The position numbers and the translations under genes are program-made. DNA of 61,163 nucleotides, filler included. It is 8 parts of 8 records of this genome, joined end to end, with 100 filler letters (N's around TTAATTAATTAA, not from the genome) between each part and the next. Parts side by side here need not be neighbours in the genome. Positions count along the whole stretch, not along the records: positions 16,919 to 25,530 come from SRR31147125_8858; positions 25,631 to 34,038 come from SRR31147125_8865; 6 more parts are not named here. One strand, written 5' to 3'. The notes below the pieces were generated by a model, which was not told the DNA's origin, made no database searches, and saw only the letters and a program-made list of their open reading frames with translations. Each line of letters begins with the position of its first letter. Position 1 is the stretch's first letter. Shown here piece after piece: positions 21,070-30,890 of the stretch.

Positions 21070-23424
21070 ATGAATAGAAATTTATTTTTGATAATCCTTT
21101 TTTTGTTCTTGGGTTCAAGTTTTTTGGTTGATGCTCAAAATGCGCCTTGGGTAAGTTACCCGTCTGCAAATATTACGCAATACGGTGTTTATCATTTCCG
21201 AAAAGTTGTGGAGTTTAATGAAGTACCTCAGAAACTTGTAATTCATGTTTCTGCCGATAATCGGTACAATTTATTTGTGAATGGAGAACGAGTGTGTTAT
21301 GGACCCGCAAAAGGTGATCTAAAAACCTATAATTACGATGTAATTGACATTGCCAAATACCTGAAATCTGGAAAGAATATTTTGGCTTCAATAGTGTACA
21401 ATGGAGGTGAGGACAGACCTTTGTCTATGATTTCATCACAAACTGCATTTATGCTTCGGTCTGAAGATGAGAGATATAAAATAGTCAATACCAATAGTAG
21501 CTGGAAAGTGTATGAAAATCCAGCGTATAAGATAATCTCTTACAACGAGATGATTTATAAAAATCGATGGTACAACGGTTTTTATGCTTGTGGTGGAGGT
21601 GATGAAGTTAATGCAAAAAAATATCCATGGGGCTGGGCAGAGTCGGATTTTAACGATAGTCATTGGTTGACTGCTGAATCTCTTTATTTTGATAAAGATG
21701 CCCCATGGAATTTGGTGCCTCGCGTAATTGCATATATGGACAACCATATTGAGCAACCTGCTCGAATTCGGAAAGTAACAGGTACTACGATTCCAGTTGG
21801 AAATTGGGATGGAACAAGCAAACTTAAAATCCCGGCGCATACGAAAGCTACCATTTTGCTCGACTTTGATTTGTTAACAATGGGTTATCCTGAACTAACA
21901 GTTAATGGAGGAGAAGAAAGTAAAATCCAAATTAAGTATGCAGAGGCATTGTACGAAGGTTTTAACCTAAAAGCGCATCGCGATTCAGTGAACGGTAAAA
22001 TAATGTATGGTGTTTGGGATGTATTTAAACCCAACGGTGAAGAAAACAGAACCTTTCGTCCTTTATGGAAAAGGACTTTCCGATACGTTCAATTTGTTAT
22101 TGAAACGGGAGTTGATCCACTAGAAATTATTTCGTTTGAGAATGAGTACTCTGGTTATCCGTATCTGGAAATGGCAACTTTTGAAAGCAATAATCAAAGG
22201 CTGAATGAAATATTTGAAATAAGTAACCGAACCTTAAGAATGTGTTCGGGCGAGACCTACTACGACACTCCATTTTATGAGCAGTTAAGTTATGGTGGCG
22301 ACAATTTACCAATTGCTGTAATATCTACCTATAATTCAACTGATGATCGGCTATTAAGGGAAATGATGCGCTTATATTCCCAATCGGTAAATCCTGAAAC
22401 CGGGTTGTTGAAATCGGCATACCCATCTCGTTTTGATTTTGACATGGGAAGTTGGTCTCTTGCCTGGATTCAGAGCTTATATGACTATTACCTTATGCGT
22501 AGTGATGCAGAATATGTACGTCAGTTTATTCCTAATATGAATAGAATTCTTGGTTTCTACAAAAGACATTTGGATGAAAAAACGGGTTTGATTGGAACAG
22601 TTAATAATCAAAATTTCATTGACTGGAGTAATAGCGAGGGCAACCTTCCCCGTAAAAATAAAAACAAGGAAATGATTCAGTCTGTCATGCTTACGCTCTA
22701 TTATACTCACACACTCGATTGTGCCGAAAAGCTATACTCACACCTTGAATTGTATGAGAGTGCAGAGAATTATGCAATGATTTCAAAAGGTATAAAAAAG
22801 GCAATTAATGAAAATTGCTGGGATGAAAATGAACAACTTTTCCGTGATTATGCTGATCATGAAATTTTCTCACAGCATACTAATATTATGGCAATACTGT
22901 GTGATTTACTTCCTTATAAACAGCAAGAAGAGCTTCTTCTGAGAATATTGAATTACGATAAATTTGACGAAATGGCAAGTTCATATTTTTCATTCTTTTT
23001 GTTCAAAGCAATGCAAAAGGTAGGGCGTGAAGATTTATTCATGGACAAGCTCGACTTTTGGTACACTTTTATAGATAGAGGACATACTACCTGTGGTGAA
23101 ACAGGATTCGCATCACACGATCGTTCCGACTGCCATGCATGGAGCGCACACCCATCTTATTTTTTGTTGAATTCCGTTTGTGGAATAAAACCAGCAGATA
23201 TTGGTTTCAATTCAGTAAAAATCACGCCAAATATTGGTGAGCTCACAAGTGTAAAGGCTTCTATGCCACATCCCAAAGGTAGAATAGAAATTCATTATGA
23301 AATAGAAAGAAGAAAAATAATTGCAAACATACAGTTGGCAAAAGGTTTAGAGGGGATATGGGAGTACAAAGGTAAGGAAGTGGAGTTGAAAGAAGGATCA
23401 AATCGTATTATACAAAAATTTTAA
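21070..23424 (+). CDS. Alpha-L-rhamnosidase (GH78)
   Basis: HVSADNRYNLFVNG, YYDTPFYEQLSYGGD, FIDWS and RSDCHAWSAHP motifs. Confidence 0.88.
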   Translation: MNRNLFLIILFLFLGSSFLVDAQNAPWVSYPSANITQYGVYHFRKVVEFNEVPQKLVIHVSADNRYNLFVNGERVCYGPAKGDLKTYNYDVIDIAKYLKSGKNILASIVYNGGEDRPLSMISSQTAFMLRSEDERYKIVNTNSSWKVYENPAYKIISYNEMIYKNRWYNGFYACGGGDEVNAKKYPWGWAESDFNDSHWLTAESLYFDKDAPWNLVPRVIAYMDNHIEQPARIRKVTGTTIPVGNWDGTSKLKIPAHTKATILLDFDLLTMGYPELTVNGGEESKIQIKYAEALYEGFNLKAHRDSVNGKIMYGVWDVFKPNGEENRTFRPLWKRTFRYVQFVIETGVDPLEIISFENEYSGYPYLEMATFESNNQRLNEIFEISNRTLRMCSGETYYDTPFYEQLSYGGDNLPIAVISTYNSTDDRLLREMMRLYSQSVNPETGLLKSAYPSRFDFDMGSWSLAWIQSLYDYYLMRSDAEYVRQFIPNMNRILGFYKRHLDEKTGLIGTVNNQNFIDWSNSEGNLPRKNKNKEMIQSVMLTLYYTHTLDCAEKLYSHLELYESAENYAMISKGIKKAINENCWDENEQLFRDYADHEIFSQHTNIMAILCDLLPYKQQEELLLRILNYDKFDEMASSYFSFFLFKAMQKVGREDLFMDKLDFWYTFIDRGHTTCGETGFASHDRSDCHAWSAHPSYFLLNSVCGIKPADIGFNSVKITPNIGELTSVKASMPHPKGRIEIHYEIERRKIIANIQLAKGLEGIWEYKGKEVELKEGSNRIIQKF

Positions 23425-23435
23425 TAACAAATTAT

Positions 23436-25391
23436 ATGTTGAATATATGTCGGGTTTTATATGGATTGAGGAAGATGTTTTTGTTTTATATGGCTGGGCT
23501 ATTTTTATTTTCATTTGGGATAGTCTTTAATTCATGTCAATTCAGAAACAAAGAGTTAAAATCACCTAATATTATATGGATAAATGCTGAAGACATAAGT
23601 CCAAATTGGGGTTGTTATGGAGATAAATATGCAACTACGCCGAATATTGATAAACTGGCTGAAACTGGCGTGGTTTATTGTCAAGCCTATGCAACAGCAC
23701 CAATTTGTTCTCCAGCTCGTTCATGTCTTATTACAGGAATGTTTGCTACTTCTCTGGGAACACAGCATTTGCGTTGTGAAATTGAAAAACCAGATTTTAT
23801 TAAAACACTTCCTGAACATCTTTCAATGGCTGGATATTTCACCAGTAATAATGGTAAAACAGATTATAATTTTAGTGCACAAGGCGTATGGGATTATGTG
23901 AATAAGGACAATGCTCCATGGAGGCAAAGAACTGAAGATAACCCCTTTTTTAGCATGCTTACCTTTGGGATGACTCATGAGGGATCAATAAATATTACAA
24001 AGAATTGGAAAAATAGCACCAAGGATTTACCTCAGGAGTTGTTTCATGATCCAGATTGTGTTTCAGTACCTCCGTACTATCCAAATACCCCAGAAATAAG
24101 AAAAGTATGGGCACATTATCACGATAATATTACCGCTTTCGACAGGGTGGTGGGGGAAATTATACAAAACCTGAAAGATGATGGGTTATTTGAAGAAACC
24201 ATTGTGTTTGTTTTCAGTGACCATGGTGCCGGAATGCCACGCTACAAACGGTGGTTGAATATTACAGGACTAAAAGTTCCGTTTGTTGCTCATGTTCCTT
24301 CAAAATACCAGCACTTAATTAATTCTAAACCTGGTTCTGAAGAAGATGCAATGGTGAGTTTTGTAGACTTCGCTCCAAGTGTTTTAAGTCTGGCTGGAGT
24401 TAATATCCCTGAAAATATGGAAGGACAAACTTTTATAGGCGAACGTATTTCACCAACTCGTTCTCAGGTTATTGGAGCGAGAAGTCGTGCTGATAATATG
24501 TACGAAATGTCAAAAGCAGTGGTAACTAACGATTATATTTATGTTCGTCATTATCTACCGCATCTACCTTATATTCAACCTGGGATTATTTTTAGCGATT
24601 TGAAAGAATCGTTTCGGGAACTCCGTAGACTTAAAAATAATGGAGAACTTCATGCAGTGGCTCTAAAAATGTGGGAGTCAAAACCAATAGAAGAATTGTA
24701 TGACTTAAAGCAAGACCCCAATGAATTAAATAACCTTGCGTTTTTGCCTGAATATAGAAATTTGATGGATAGCCTTAAGCAGCAAATCCATGATTGGGCA
24801 TTAAAAACGCACGATACAGATTTTCTTCCTGAGGCAGAGTACATGATTCGTTCTGAAGGTTCAACGCCCTACGAAATGGCTAATTCTAAAAAATACAATC
24901 TTCCAGCAATTATTGAAGCAGCTGAAATGGTTGGAGTGGCTTCTACATCAGAATTAATTGAAAAATTAGATGATAAAGACTCTGGTGTACGATACTGGGC
25001 GATAATCGGTATTCAGGCATTGGGTGAAAATGGTAGAGTTGCAATTCAAACTTTAATGAAACTTTTGAAAGACTCGTCACCGTCGGTGCAAATAGCTGCT
25101 GCCGAAACATTATGCCGTTTAGAAATTGTGGATGAAGCACTTCCTGTTTTAGCAAAATGGATGATGGATGATCGGGGATGGTTAGCCTTAAAGGCTGCAC
25201 GTTCAGTTGAATTAATTGGTGAAAAAGCAATTCCGTTAATACCTGTTCTTTATGAAGTTCTTAAAAAAAATAGCTCTACAGATCCAGATGCTCCCCGACG
25301 TTTCAAAGATTTCAATTTTTCTGCATTTACTATGTGGTCGGTAGAGGGAGCTCTAAGTAATTGTGGTGAAGAAATTGAATTAATTCAGTAA
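23436..25391 (+). CDS. Sulfatase with C-terminal HEAT repeats
   Basis: PNIIWINAED, CSPARSCLITG (CxPxR), FSDHG and EELYDLKQDPNELNNLA; HEAT-like LDDKDSGVRYWA and LLKDSSPSVQIAAA. Confidence 0.92.
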   Translation: MLNICRVLYGLRKMFLFYMAGLFLFSFGIVFNSCQFRNKELKSPNIIWINAEDISPNWGCYGDKYATTPNIDKLAETGVVYCQAYATAPICSPARSCLITGMFATSLGTQHLRCEIEKPDFIKTLPEHLSMAGYFTSNNGKTDYNFSAQGVWDYVNKDNAPWRQRTEDNPFFSMLTFGMTHEGSINITKNWKNSTKDLPQELFHDPDCVSVPPYYPNTPEIRKVWAHYHDNITAFDRVVGEIIQNLKDDGLFEETIVFVFSDHGAGMPRYKRWLNITGLKVPFVAHVPSKYQHLINSKPGSEEDAMVSFVDFAPSVLSLAGVNIPENMEGQTFIGERISPTRSQVIGARSRADNMYEMSKAVVTNDYIYVRHYLPHLPYIQPGIIFSDLKESFRELRRLKNNGELHAVALKMWESKPIEELYDLKQDPNELNNLAFLPEYRNLMDSLKQQIHDWALKTHDTDFLPEAEYMIRSEGSTPYEMANSKKYNLPAIIEAAEMVGVASTSELIEKLDDKDSGVRYWAIIGIQALGENGRVAIQTLMKLLKDSSPSVQIAAAETLCRLEIVDEALPVLAKWMMDDRGWLALKAARSVELIGEKAIPLIPVLYEVLKKNSSTDPDAPRRFKDFNFSAFTMWSVEGALSNCGEEIELIQ

Positions 25392-25439
25392 TACAAGTTA
25401 ATCTGCTGATACGCAAAATTTAACCAAAATAAGTATCGT

Positions 25440-25530
25440 ATGGACAAAAACATCTTGATAGGATTAGGATATGCTTTAGTTGCTGGCATCTTCGCAGGAT
25501 CATTTTCATTTCCAATGAAACTTACTAGGG
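25440..25530 (+). CDS. Probable L-rhamnose/proton symporter (RhaT-like), N-terminal fragment
   Basis: MDKNILIGLGYALVAGIFAGSFSFPMKLTR resembles the RhaT N-terminus and sits downstream of GH78. Confidence 0.55.
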
Positions 25531-25630
25531 NNNNNNNNNNNNNNNNNNNNNNNNNNNNNNNNNNNNNNNNNNNNTTAATTAATTAANNNNNNNNNNNNNN
25601 NNNNNNNNNNNNNNNNNNNNNNNNNNNNNN
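25531..25630. other. Artificial contig spacer
   Basis: N44-TTAATTAATTAA-N44. Confidence 0.99.
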
Positions 25631-25719
25631 TTCTTCACGATGTTGTCTGTTTCCATCTGAAGAATTCGCAGCTTAATGTTTTTTAGCTTATTTTCGTCAA
25701 GCTCTAAATTCGCTTCCAT
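25631..25719 (-). CDS. Small protein overlapping the helicase stop, 3'-truncated (not in the ORF track)
   Basis: GGAGG 9 nt before the ATG at 25719; reads MEANLELDENKLKNIKLRILQMETDNIVK and stays open to the contig end. Confidence 0.65.
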
Positions 25720-27877
25720 CGAAATCGTCCTCCATTTCTTCAGGTTTTATATTGTAAACATCTTGTATCTCGTTGATTAACTCATCGGAATCACGTGAAT
25801 TGAGGGCAATTCGACCGAATTCTTCAATACGGTTAAGTTCGCGCTTAGCCAATGCTCGACCGCAACTGTAGTCACTGGCGTAGGTATCTACTTCGTCCAA
25901 TGGCTTAATCAGGGTTACAAAGTCATAAATCACGGCGTATGGCTTATTGGCTGCCAGACGCAACACACGACCACGCCGTTGAATGTATTCCTTAGGATTG
26001 GTAGTGCTTGCCAGAATAAATGCTGTTCTGATACTGGGAATATTAACACCTTCATCTAAACATTTTATTGCAACGATGACTTGATACGGGTCTGCCTCGG
26101 CAAAGTGTTGCTTTATGATTTCACGTTCGGCGGCAGACTCATTGGATGTGAAGTGCGTTATTATCATGCCGAGATCATTGCCCAACAGTTTTGATACAGC
26201 AACAATTTGTCTTTCGCCGTAGTCGTCTGACGCAGTGCTGTCAGAATCGTAATCAAAGATACGGGTGGCGCCACAATAGACTAAAATATGAGTATCATCT
26301 TTATAAGGCTCAATCTGCTCTCGCAAGGCGGTTAACTTTTGCTTGGCTCCGGCAACGATGCGGGACCGTGCAAGTAAAAGAGTTTTACCACGTTCAGTGA
26401 TTTTTAACTCGCCGTGTTTGTTGAAATGACATTCACGAGAGATTTTGTATGAAAGATCTTTATAATTCTCAATCTCGTCTTCATCGAGATAAACTAAGAC
26501 AGGATGGTAGTAATATGGTGTAAGTTTGTTTTCGCGGATAGCGCGCTCCAGACTATACTCAATACACTTCTTACCAAAATATGATTTGAGGATTAGACTG
26601 CCCTGTGGATCGTTGTGTCGTTCAAGTGTTGCTGATAGCGCCAGACGATACTCAAACTTAGGGTTAAGGCTGAGACTCAAATGCTCAGAACCAAAGTTAT
26701 GGGCTTCGTCAACCATGACCAGAGTGCCGTCACCTAACTTATTTAACAACTGCTGCACATAAATGGAGGAAAAAGTAGCATTTGTAGTGACAAAACAGAG
26801 AGAGTCAATGACGCCAAGTTGAAAATCCAGCACATCATTTTCTAAACGCTTCTTCCAGTTCTTTTGAGGTGATGAGGAATACCCGATGGTGGGGCGCATA
26901 TTGAATTTGACTATATCCTCAACCCATTGATCCACCAAGTGCTGGAATGGGGCGACAATGATAATGGCTACCCGTTTCTTTATTTCAAACAGTTTGGCTG
27001 CTGCGCCAAGGCCAGTATACGTCTTGCCGGTGCCGGTAGCCATATCAAAAATGCCGCGGAAGTTATTATTCACCCAAGCATCTATGGCATCTTCTTGGTA
27101 TTCGTGGAGCTTAACGCTCCTGGGCACGAGTGGAACACCCGCAATCACAGGTGATAACTCGTATAGGTCTTCTTGCTCGAATTGGTCGATATCTAGCTGC
27201 TTGGCGGCCTCTTCAAACGGTACAAGTTTATCTCGAACTACGTTGGGAAAGTCCAACACAATGATGTTTTTCTCGCGGCATGCCCAGAGAGAGTCGAAGT
27301 CATCCTCTAAATCCTGGACACGCTGGGCATCTTCTACAACGAGTGAGTTGAAAACGACAATGGATTCGTAGTTGTTGTGAAAGGCGTTAATTGTTTCATT
27401 CATGGAGCCCGTAAACGCTAAGCGGTTTCCGTTCTCGTCATAGATGACCCCAATTTTTTCGTGATACATTCCTGTCGTCTTCTGAGGCGGAGTGAAAGCC
27501 ACTTTGATTTCAAGAATACCATTAGAAATCAGTTGAGAGAGCCAGCCAAGACGCTCTTTATCTGAATTGTTTTTGGGCTCACGCAACTCTCTGGCCAAAG
27601 AATTAGCGATAATTTTGCGTTCGTCATACCCCTGCTGAATTGCTTCTATATCTTCGGTTGAAAGAAGTGGAGAAACGATAAATCGAATCTTGCCACCATT
27701 TTTCACCAAACCAGCAATGCCTTTGGAAAGCTCAATCAATGCGGTGGATGAAAAAAAGCCTACGGCGCGTTTATAAAGCACCGATCTTTTCAAAACGGGC
27801 AGATAAAATTCTTTGACGATGTCGTTTTTATTAGTTTTGTAACTTCGGAGTAAGTCAAGCTCATCATATCCCATCAT
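25697..27877 (-). CDS. PLD-nuclease / SF2 (DEAH) helicase fusion; phosphorothioation-system restriction enzyme-like
   Basis: YHEKIG..FTGSMNET (PLD HxK-type), MATGTGKT (Walker A), VDEAH, LSAT, CLDEGVNIP and QRRGRVLR. Confidence 0.85.
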   Translation of the reverse strand: MMGYDELDLLRSYKTNKNDIVKEFYLPVLKRSVLYKRAVGFFSSTALIELSKGIAGLVKNGGKIRFIVSPLLSTEDIEAIQQGYDERKIIANSLARELREPKNNSDKERLGWLSQLISNGILEIKVAFTPPQKTTGMYHEKIGVIYDENGNRLAFTGSMNETINAFHNNYESIVVFNSLVVEDAQRVQDLEDDFDSLWACREKNIIVLDFPNVVRDKLVPFEEAAKQLDIDQFEQEDLYELSPVIAGVPLVPRSVKLHEYQEDAIDAWVNNNFRGIFDMATGTGKTYTGLGAAAKLFEIKKRVAIIIVAPFQHLVDQWVEDIVKFNMRPTIGYSSSPQKNWKKRLENDVLDFQLGVIDSLCFVTTNATFSSIYVQQLLNKLGDGTLVMVDEAHNFGSEHLSLSLNPKFEYRLALSATLERHNDPQGSLILKSYFGKKCIEYSLERAIRENKLTPYYYHPVLVYLDEDEIENYKDLSYKISRECHFNKHGELKITERGKTLLLARSRIVAGAKQKLTALREQIEPYKDDTHILVYCGATRIFDYDSDSTASDDYGERQIVAVSKLLGNDLGMIITHFTSNESAAEREIIKQHFAEADPYQVIVAIKCLDEGVNIPSIRTAFILASTTNPKEYIQRRGRVLRLAANKPYAVIYDFVTLIKPLDEVDTYASDYSCGRALAKRELNRIEEFGRIALNSRDSDELINEIQDVYNIKPEEMEDDFDGSEFRA

Positions 27878-27889
27878 GTATCACCTCAC

Positions 27890-28087
27890 TTACAGGACTT
27901 TTTGGTATTCCAATTGTTGCAAATATTCAACAGCAAGCTTCAGATCAAGTTCTGCAATTTTAATACAGACTCCACAGTACGCCTTGTCCTGCACGGGCGT
28001 AGGAACAATTTCTGTGACGATGTCATGGCTTTGTAGAATCTCCTCTGCTTCAAAGACAGCGCTGGTCTGATAAAACACAAAATGCAT
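27890..28087 (-). CDS. DUF3343-family putative Se/S carrier protein
   Basis: 65 aa with F..T..VFEAEEIL..IVPTP....CGVC, the DUF3343 signature. Its start directly abuts the desulfurase stop. Confidence 0.75.
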   Translation of the reverse strand: MHFVFYQTSAVFEAEEILQSHDIVTEIVPTPVQDKAYCGVCIKIAELDLKLAVEYLQQLEYQKVL

Positions 28088-29215
28088 TTATCTCAATCCT
28101 CTCAGTATTTCCAACAAAGCATCGATCTCGGCTTCGGTGTTCATAAAATTTAAGCTGATACGCACTGAGCCTGTTTCTACAGTTCCAAGCGTTTCATGCG
28201 CTAAAATCGCACAGTGAATTCCTCCACGAATACAAACGCCATTTTTGTCCAAGGTTGCTACCACATCACTGGAGGGTATACCCTTAACATTAAAGCAGAT
28301 GGTGGAGACTCTTTTTCGATCATGGTTATAAACGATCACATTATCTAAGCCAAGTAAACCTTTCACCAGACGCTCTATTAATTGCGTTTCCCGCTCATTT
28401 ATCTCGGCTAATCTTGGCTTGATATAGTCAATTGCTGTTTTCAGCGACCAAATGGCAGGCATGTTCAAGGTGCCGGATTCGTAGGCTTCGGGGAAAATAT
28501 CTGGGTTCACATAGCTTTCACCATGAATGCCGGTGCCGCCTTGCACAAGCGGTTGAATCGTTAAGGGTTCGCAGGAACATAGACCACCGACACCGGGCAA
28601 CGCCAATAAATCCTTGTGTCCGGTGAAAGCCAAGTAGTCGATATGGTCTCGCTCCATGTTGACCAGGCCTTTACCACCGCCCTGGGAAGCATCGACGAAT
28701 ACGATGATGGAGTGTTCATTGCAGATCTTGCTAAAGCGAGAATTAAAAACCAGTTGTCCGGTCAGGTTGCTTGCTAGGGTTACAGTTGCCAGCTTTGTAT
28801 TTGGCCTGATGTAGGTAACAAGTTCAGTTTCTGGATTGTCGAAAACACTTTCTGGCAATATGGTATAGTCGATAACGCCTTTTTGCTTCAACGTATGGAG
28901 CGGGCGCAATACTGCATTGTGTTCGTAGGAGCTAATTAGCACATGGTCGCCTGTGTGTAAGAACCCATCCAAAAACAAATTAATCGCTTCAGTTGAGTTT
29001 TTTGTGAATATGGCGTTAGTTTTTCCAGGAGCACCGAAAAAGTCAGTTACTGTTTTGCGGCTTTGATAAAGCATCCGAGAAGCCTGGATACCCAAAGAAT
29101 AGCTTCCGCGGCCAGGACTGGTACCAACCTCGCGTACATAGTATGTAAAGGCATCATAGACTTCTTCAGGTTTTATTCGAGATGTGGCAGCATTATCGAA
29201 GTAAATCATCGTCAT
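28088..29215 (-). CDS. PLP-dependent cysteine desulfurase (class V aminotransferase, group II SufS/CsdA-like); SspA/DndA role
   Basis: IYFDNAAT, EHNAV, VDASQ, FTGHK (PLP lysine), ESGTLN and RGGIHCA (catalytic Cys). Confidence 0.9.
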   Translation of the reverse strand: MTMIYFDNAATSRIKPEEVYDAFTYYVREVGTSPGRGSYSLGIQASRMLYQSRKTVTDFFGAPGKTNAIFTKNSTEAINLFLDGFLHTGDHVLISSYEHNAVLRPLHTLKQKGVIDYTILPESVFDNPETELVTYIRPNTKLATVTLASNLTGQLVFNSRFSKICNEHSIIVFVDASQGGGKGLVNMERDHIDYLAFTGHKDLLALPGVGGLCSCEPLTIQPLVQGGTGIHGESYVNPDIFPEAYESGTLNMPAIWSLKTAIDYIKPRLAEINERETQLIERLVKGLLGLDNVIVYNHDRKRVSTICFNVKGIPSSDVVATLDKNGVCIRGGIHCAILAHETLGTVETGSVRISLNFMNTEAEIDALLEILRGLR

Positions 29216-30889
29216 ACACCTCAAGAATCAATATTATCCGTGACGGCATTTTTTTGCCCGCCAATACCTGGCAAGTGATACAGCCGTTATAGAATTTTGC
29301 AACACATTTTGAGCACTCTGAAAGGTTTTGTTTACAACGAGTTTCATCAACAACATATCGTCCATCGCCCATGGTGTTGATTGCACCATAAGGGCAAACA
29401 GAATCGCAAGCGGAGCATCTGATGCAGTATTGATATTTCCTCAATTGGCATTTTAGGCGGTTGACCAACAGCAAGATGTCGGTGCCTTTAGTTGGTAATA
29501 CTTTAAGAACTGGGGTTCCCCAAGTGACTACAAGATCACAGAGCTTATGTTTGGGTGAAATCAAATCGCCACTATCATTTCTGATTTCTGCTTCAGTAAC
29601 TGTTATATAAGTTACATCTTCCTTATCAAAGATATCCAACTGGCCAAATGGCTTGAAGAATTCTAATACATCACGATTGATCTTTTTCTTAATGATAATA
29701 TTCCTAGCCCGATCTGACAGGTTGCATGCTGTATCGGTAATTGAAACATTGCGAATTTGAAGTCCACTGGCACCACGTCTGGTTTTCCACCGCCCATTTT
29801 CAATATAATCGTTGATATCTTCTTTTTCGGTCTTCTTGGCAAAGCAAATCAGTGCGTCCCTCCACTTTGCAGCAAGCTCTGGGAAATAAATATCTGTCAG
29901 CATAGAAGACCATTCTGAGTTGTTTGGGCAACACCAACAGCCGACCCGTTTATATCCCCAACGATATGCGTGATTGAATGCAGTTCCTTTATAGAGGATG
30001 TAAAGCCAGACGTCACAATCCGACCACTCAATGATCGGCATGGCATTGATTTGCGCTCCAATTTTTGAATGGCTTTGAGTGCGCTCATAGTTTTGACGTT
30101 CTCTAGATTCGCTACGACGAATTCCTAGGAAGGTCAAGCTATTACCGTTTAAGTTTTGATACTCAGTATTCAAGTTGCTAGTCTTAAAAATGGTACAGCA
30201 CCAGCGTTCAAATTTGCTGGGCGGTCCAAATATATCGCAAAGTTTAAAAAAATCATTATCGGTCTCACTAAGGATCATCGGTGTGAAAGGATTCTCGACC
30301 CGGAAATCCTGCTCAACATAGGTATGGGTACAAGGGAACTCCAAAGTGGTATCACCAAAATAGTGAATGACCGATTCGCTTTGCAAAGCATCACGCACTA
30401 CTCTACTTACAACGGTAGAGTCTTTCCCCCGGAAAAAGAAATAGTTGGCATATAACTCTGTTTGGAGTCTAATTTCAATTCTTCAATCAAAGATGAAGCA
30501 TATCCCTCAGCTTCATAAATAAGCTCTTTGATATATTGCTCATTGGCAGCAACAAACATATCGGCATGTGGAATGAGATCATCATTGTCAATGTTATTCC
30601 GCAAGTATTCGGCAATAACCAGATGCCTTTTGTTTTTATAAAAATCAATATAAGGCAGACGTATGCGTTTGCCGTCAATAAGATAATAACTGCTGCCAAG
30701 GTACCATACTTCGGAATTAGTTATATCCTGACCAAGAATATGCGAAAGTAATTTGCGCTCTTGCTTAAATACTGGATTGCAAACACCAGAATTTGATAAC
30801 GGTTCACAATCCGCACCGCACAACTTACATATATTATATTTTACAACTGGGATCTTGCAATGCGGACACCAATAAACCGTATTGGGCAT
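29193..30889 (-). CDS. PAPS-reductase-family PP-loop protein (SspD/DndC-like) with N-terminal Zn ribbon and C-terminal 4Fe-4S domain; split by a -1 frameshift at ~30425
   Basis: CPHC..CKLC at the N-terminus. SFSGGK|DSTVVS is restored by a one-base shift. Also DTTLEFP, RWCC, GIRRSES, RVGCWCCP and CIRCSACDSVC. Confidence 0.85.
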
Positions 30890-30890
30890 A

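Noticed and set aside
29193-30889. Housekeeping sulfate-assimilation CysH
   Set aside because: There are no cysD/N/C/I/J neighbours. The ATPase, desulfurase and nuclease-helicase context points to DNA modification.
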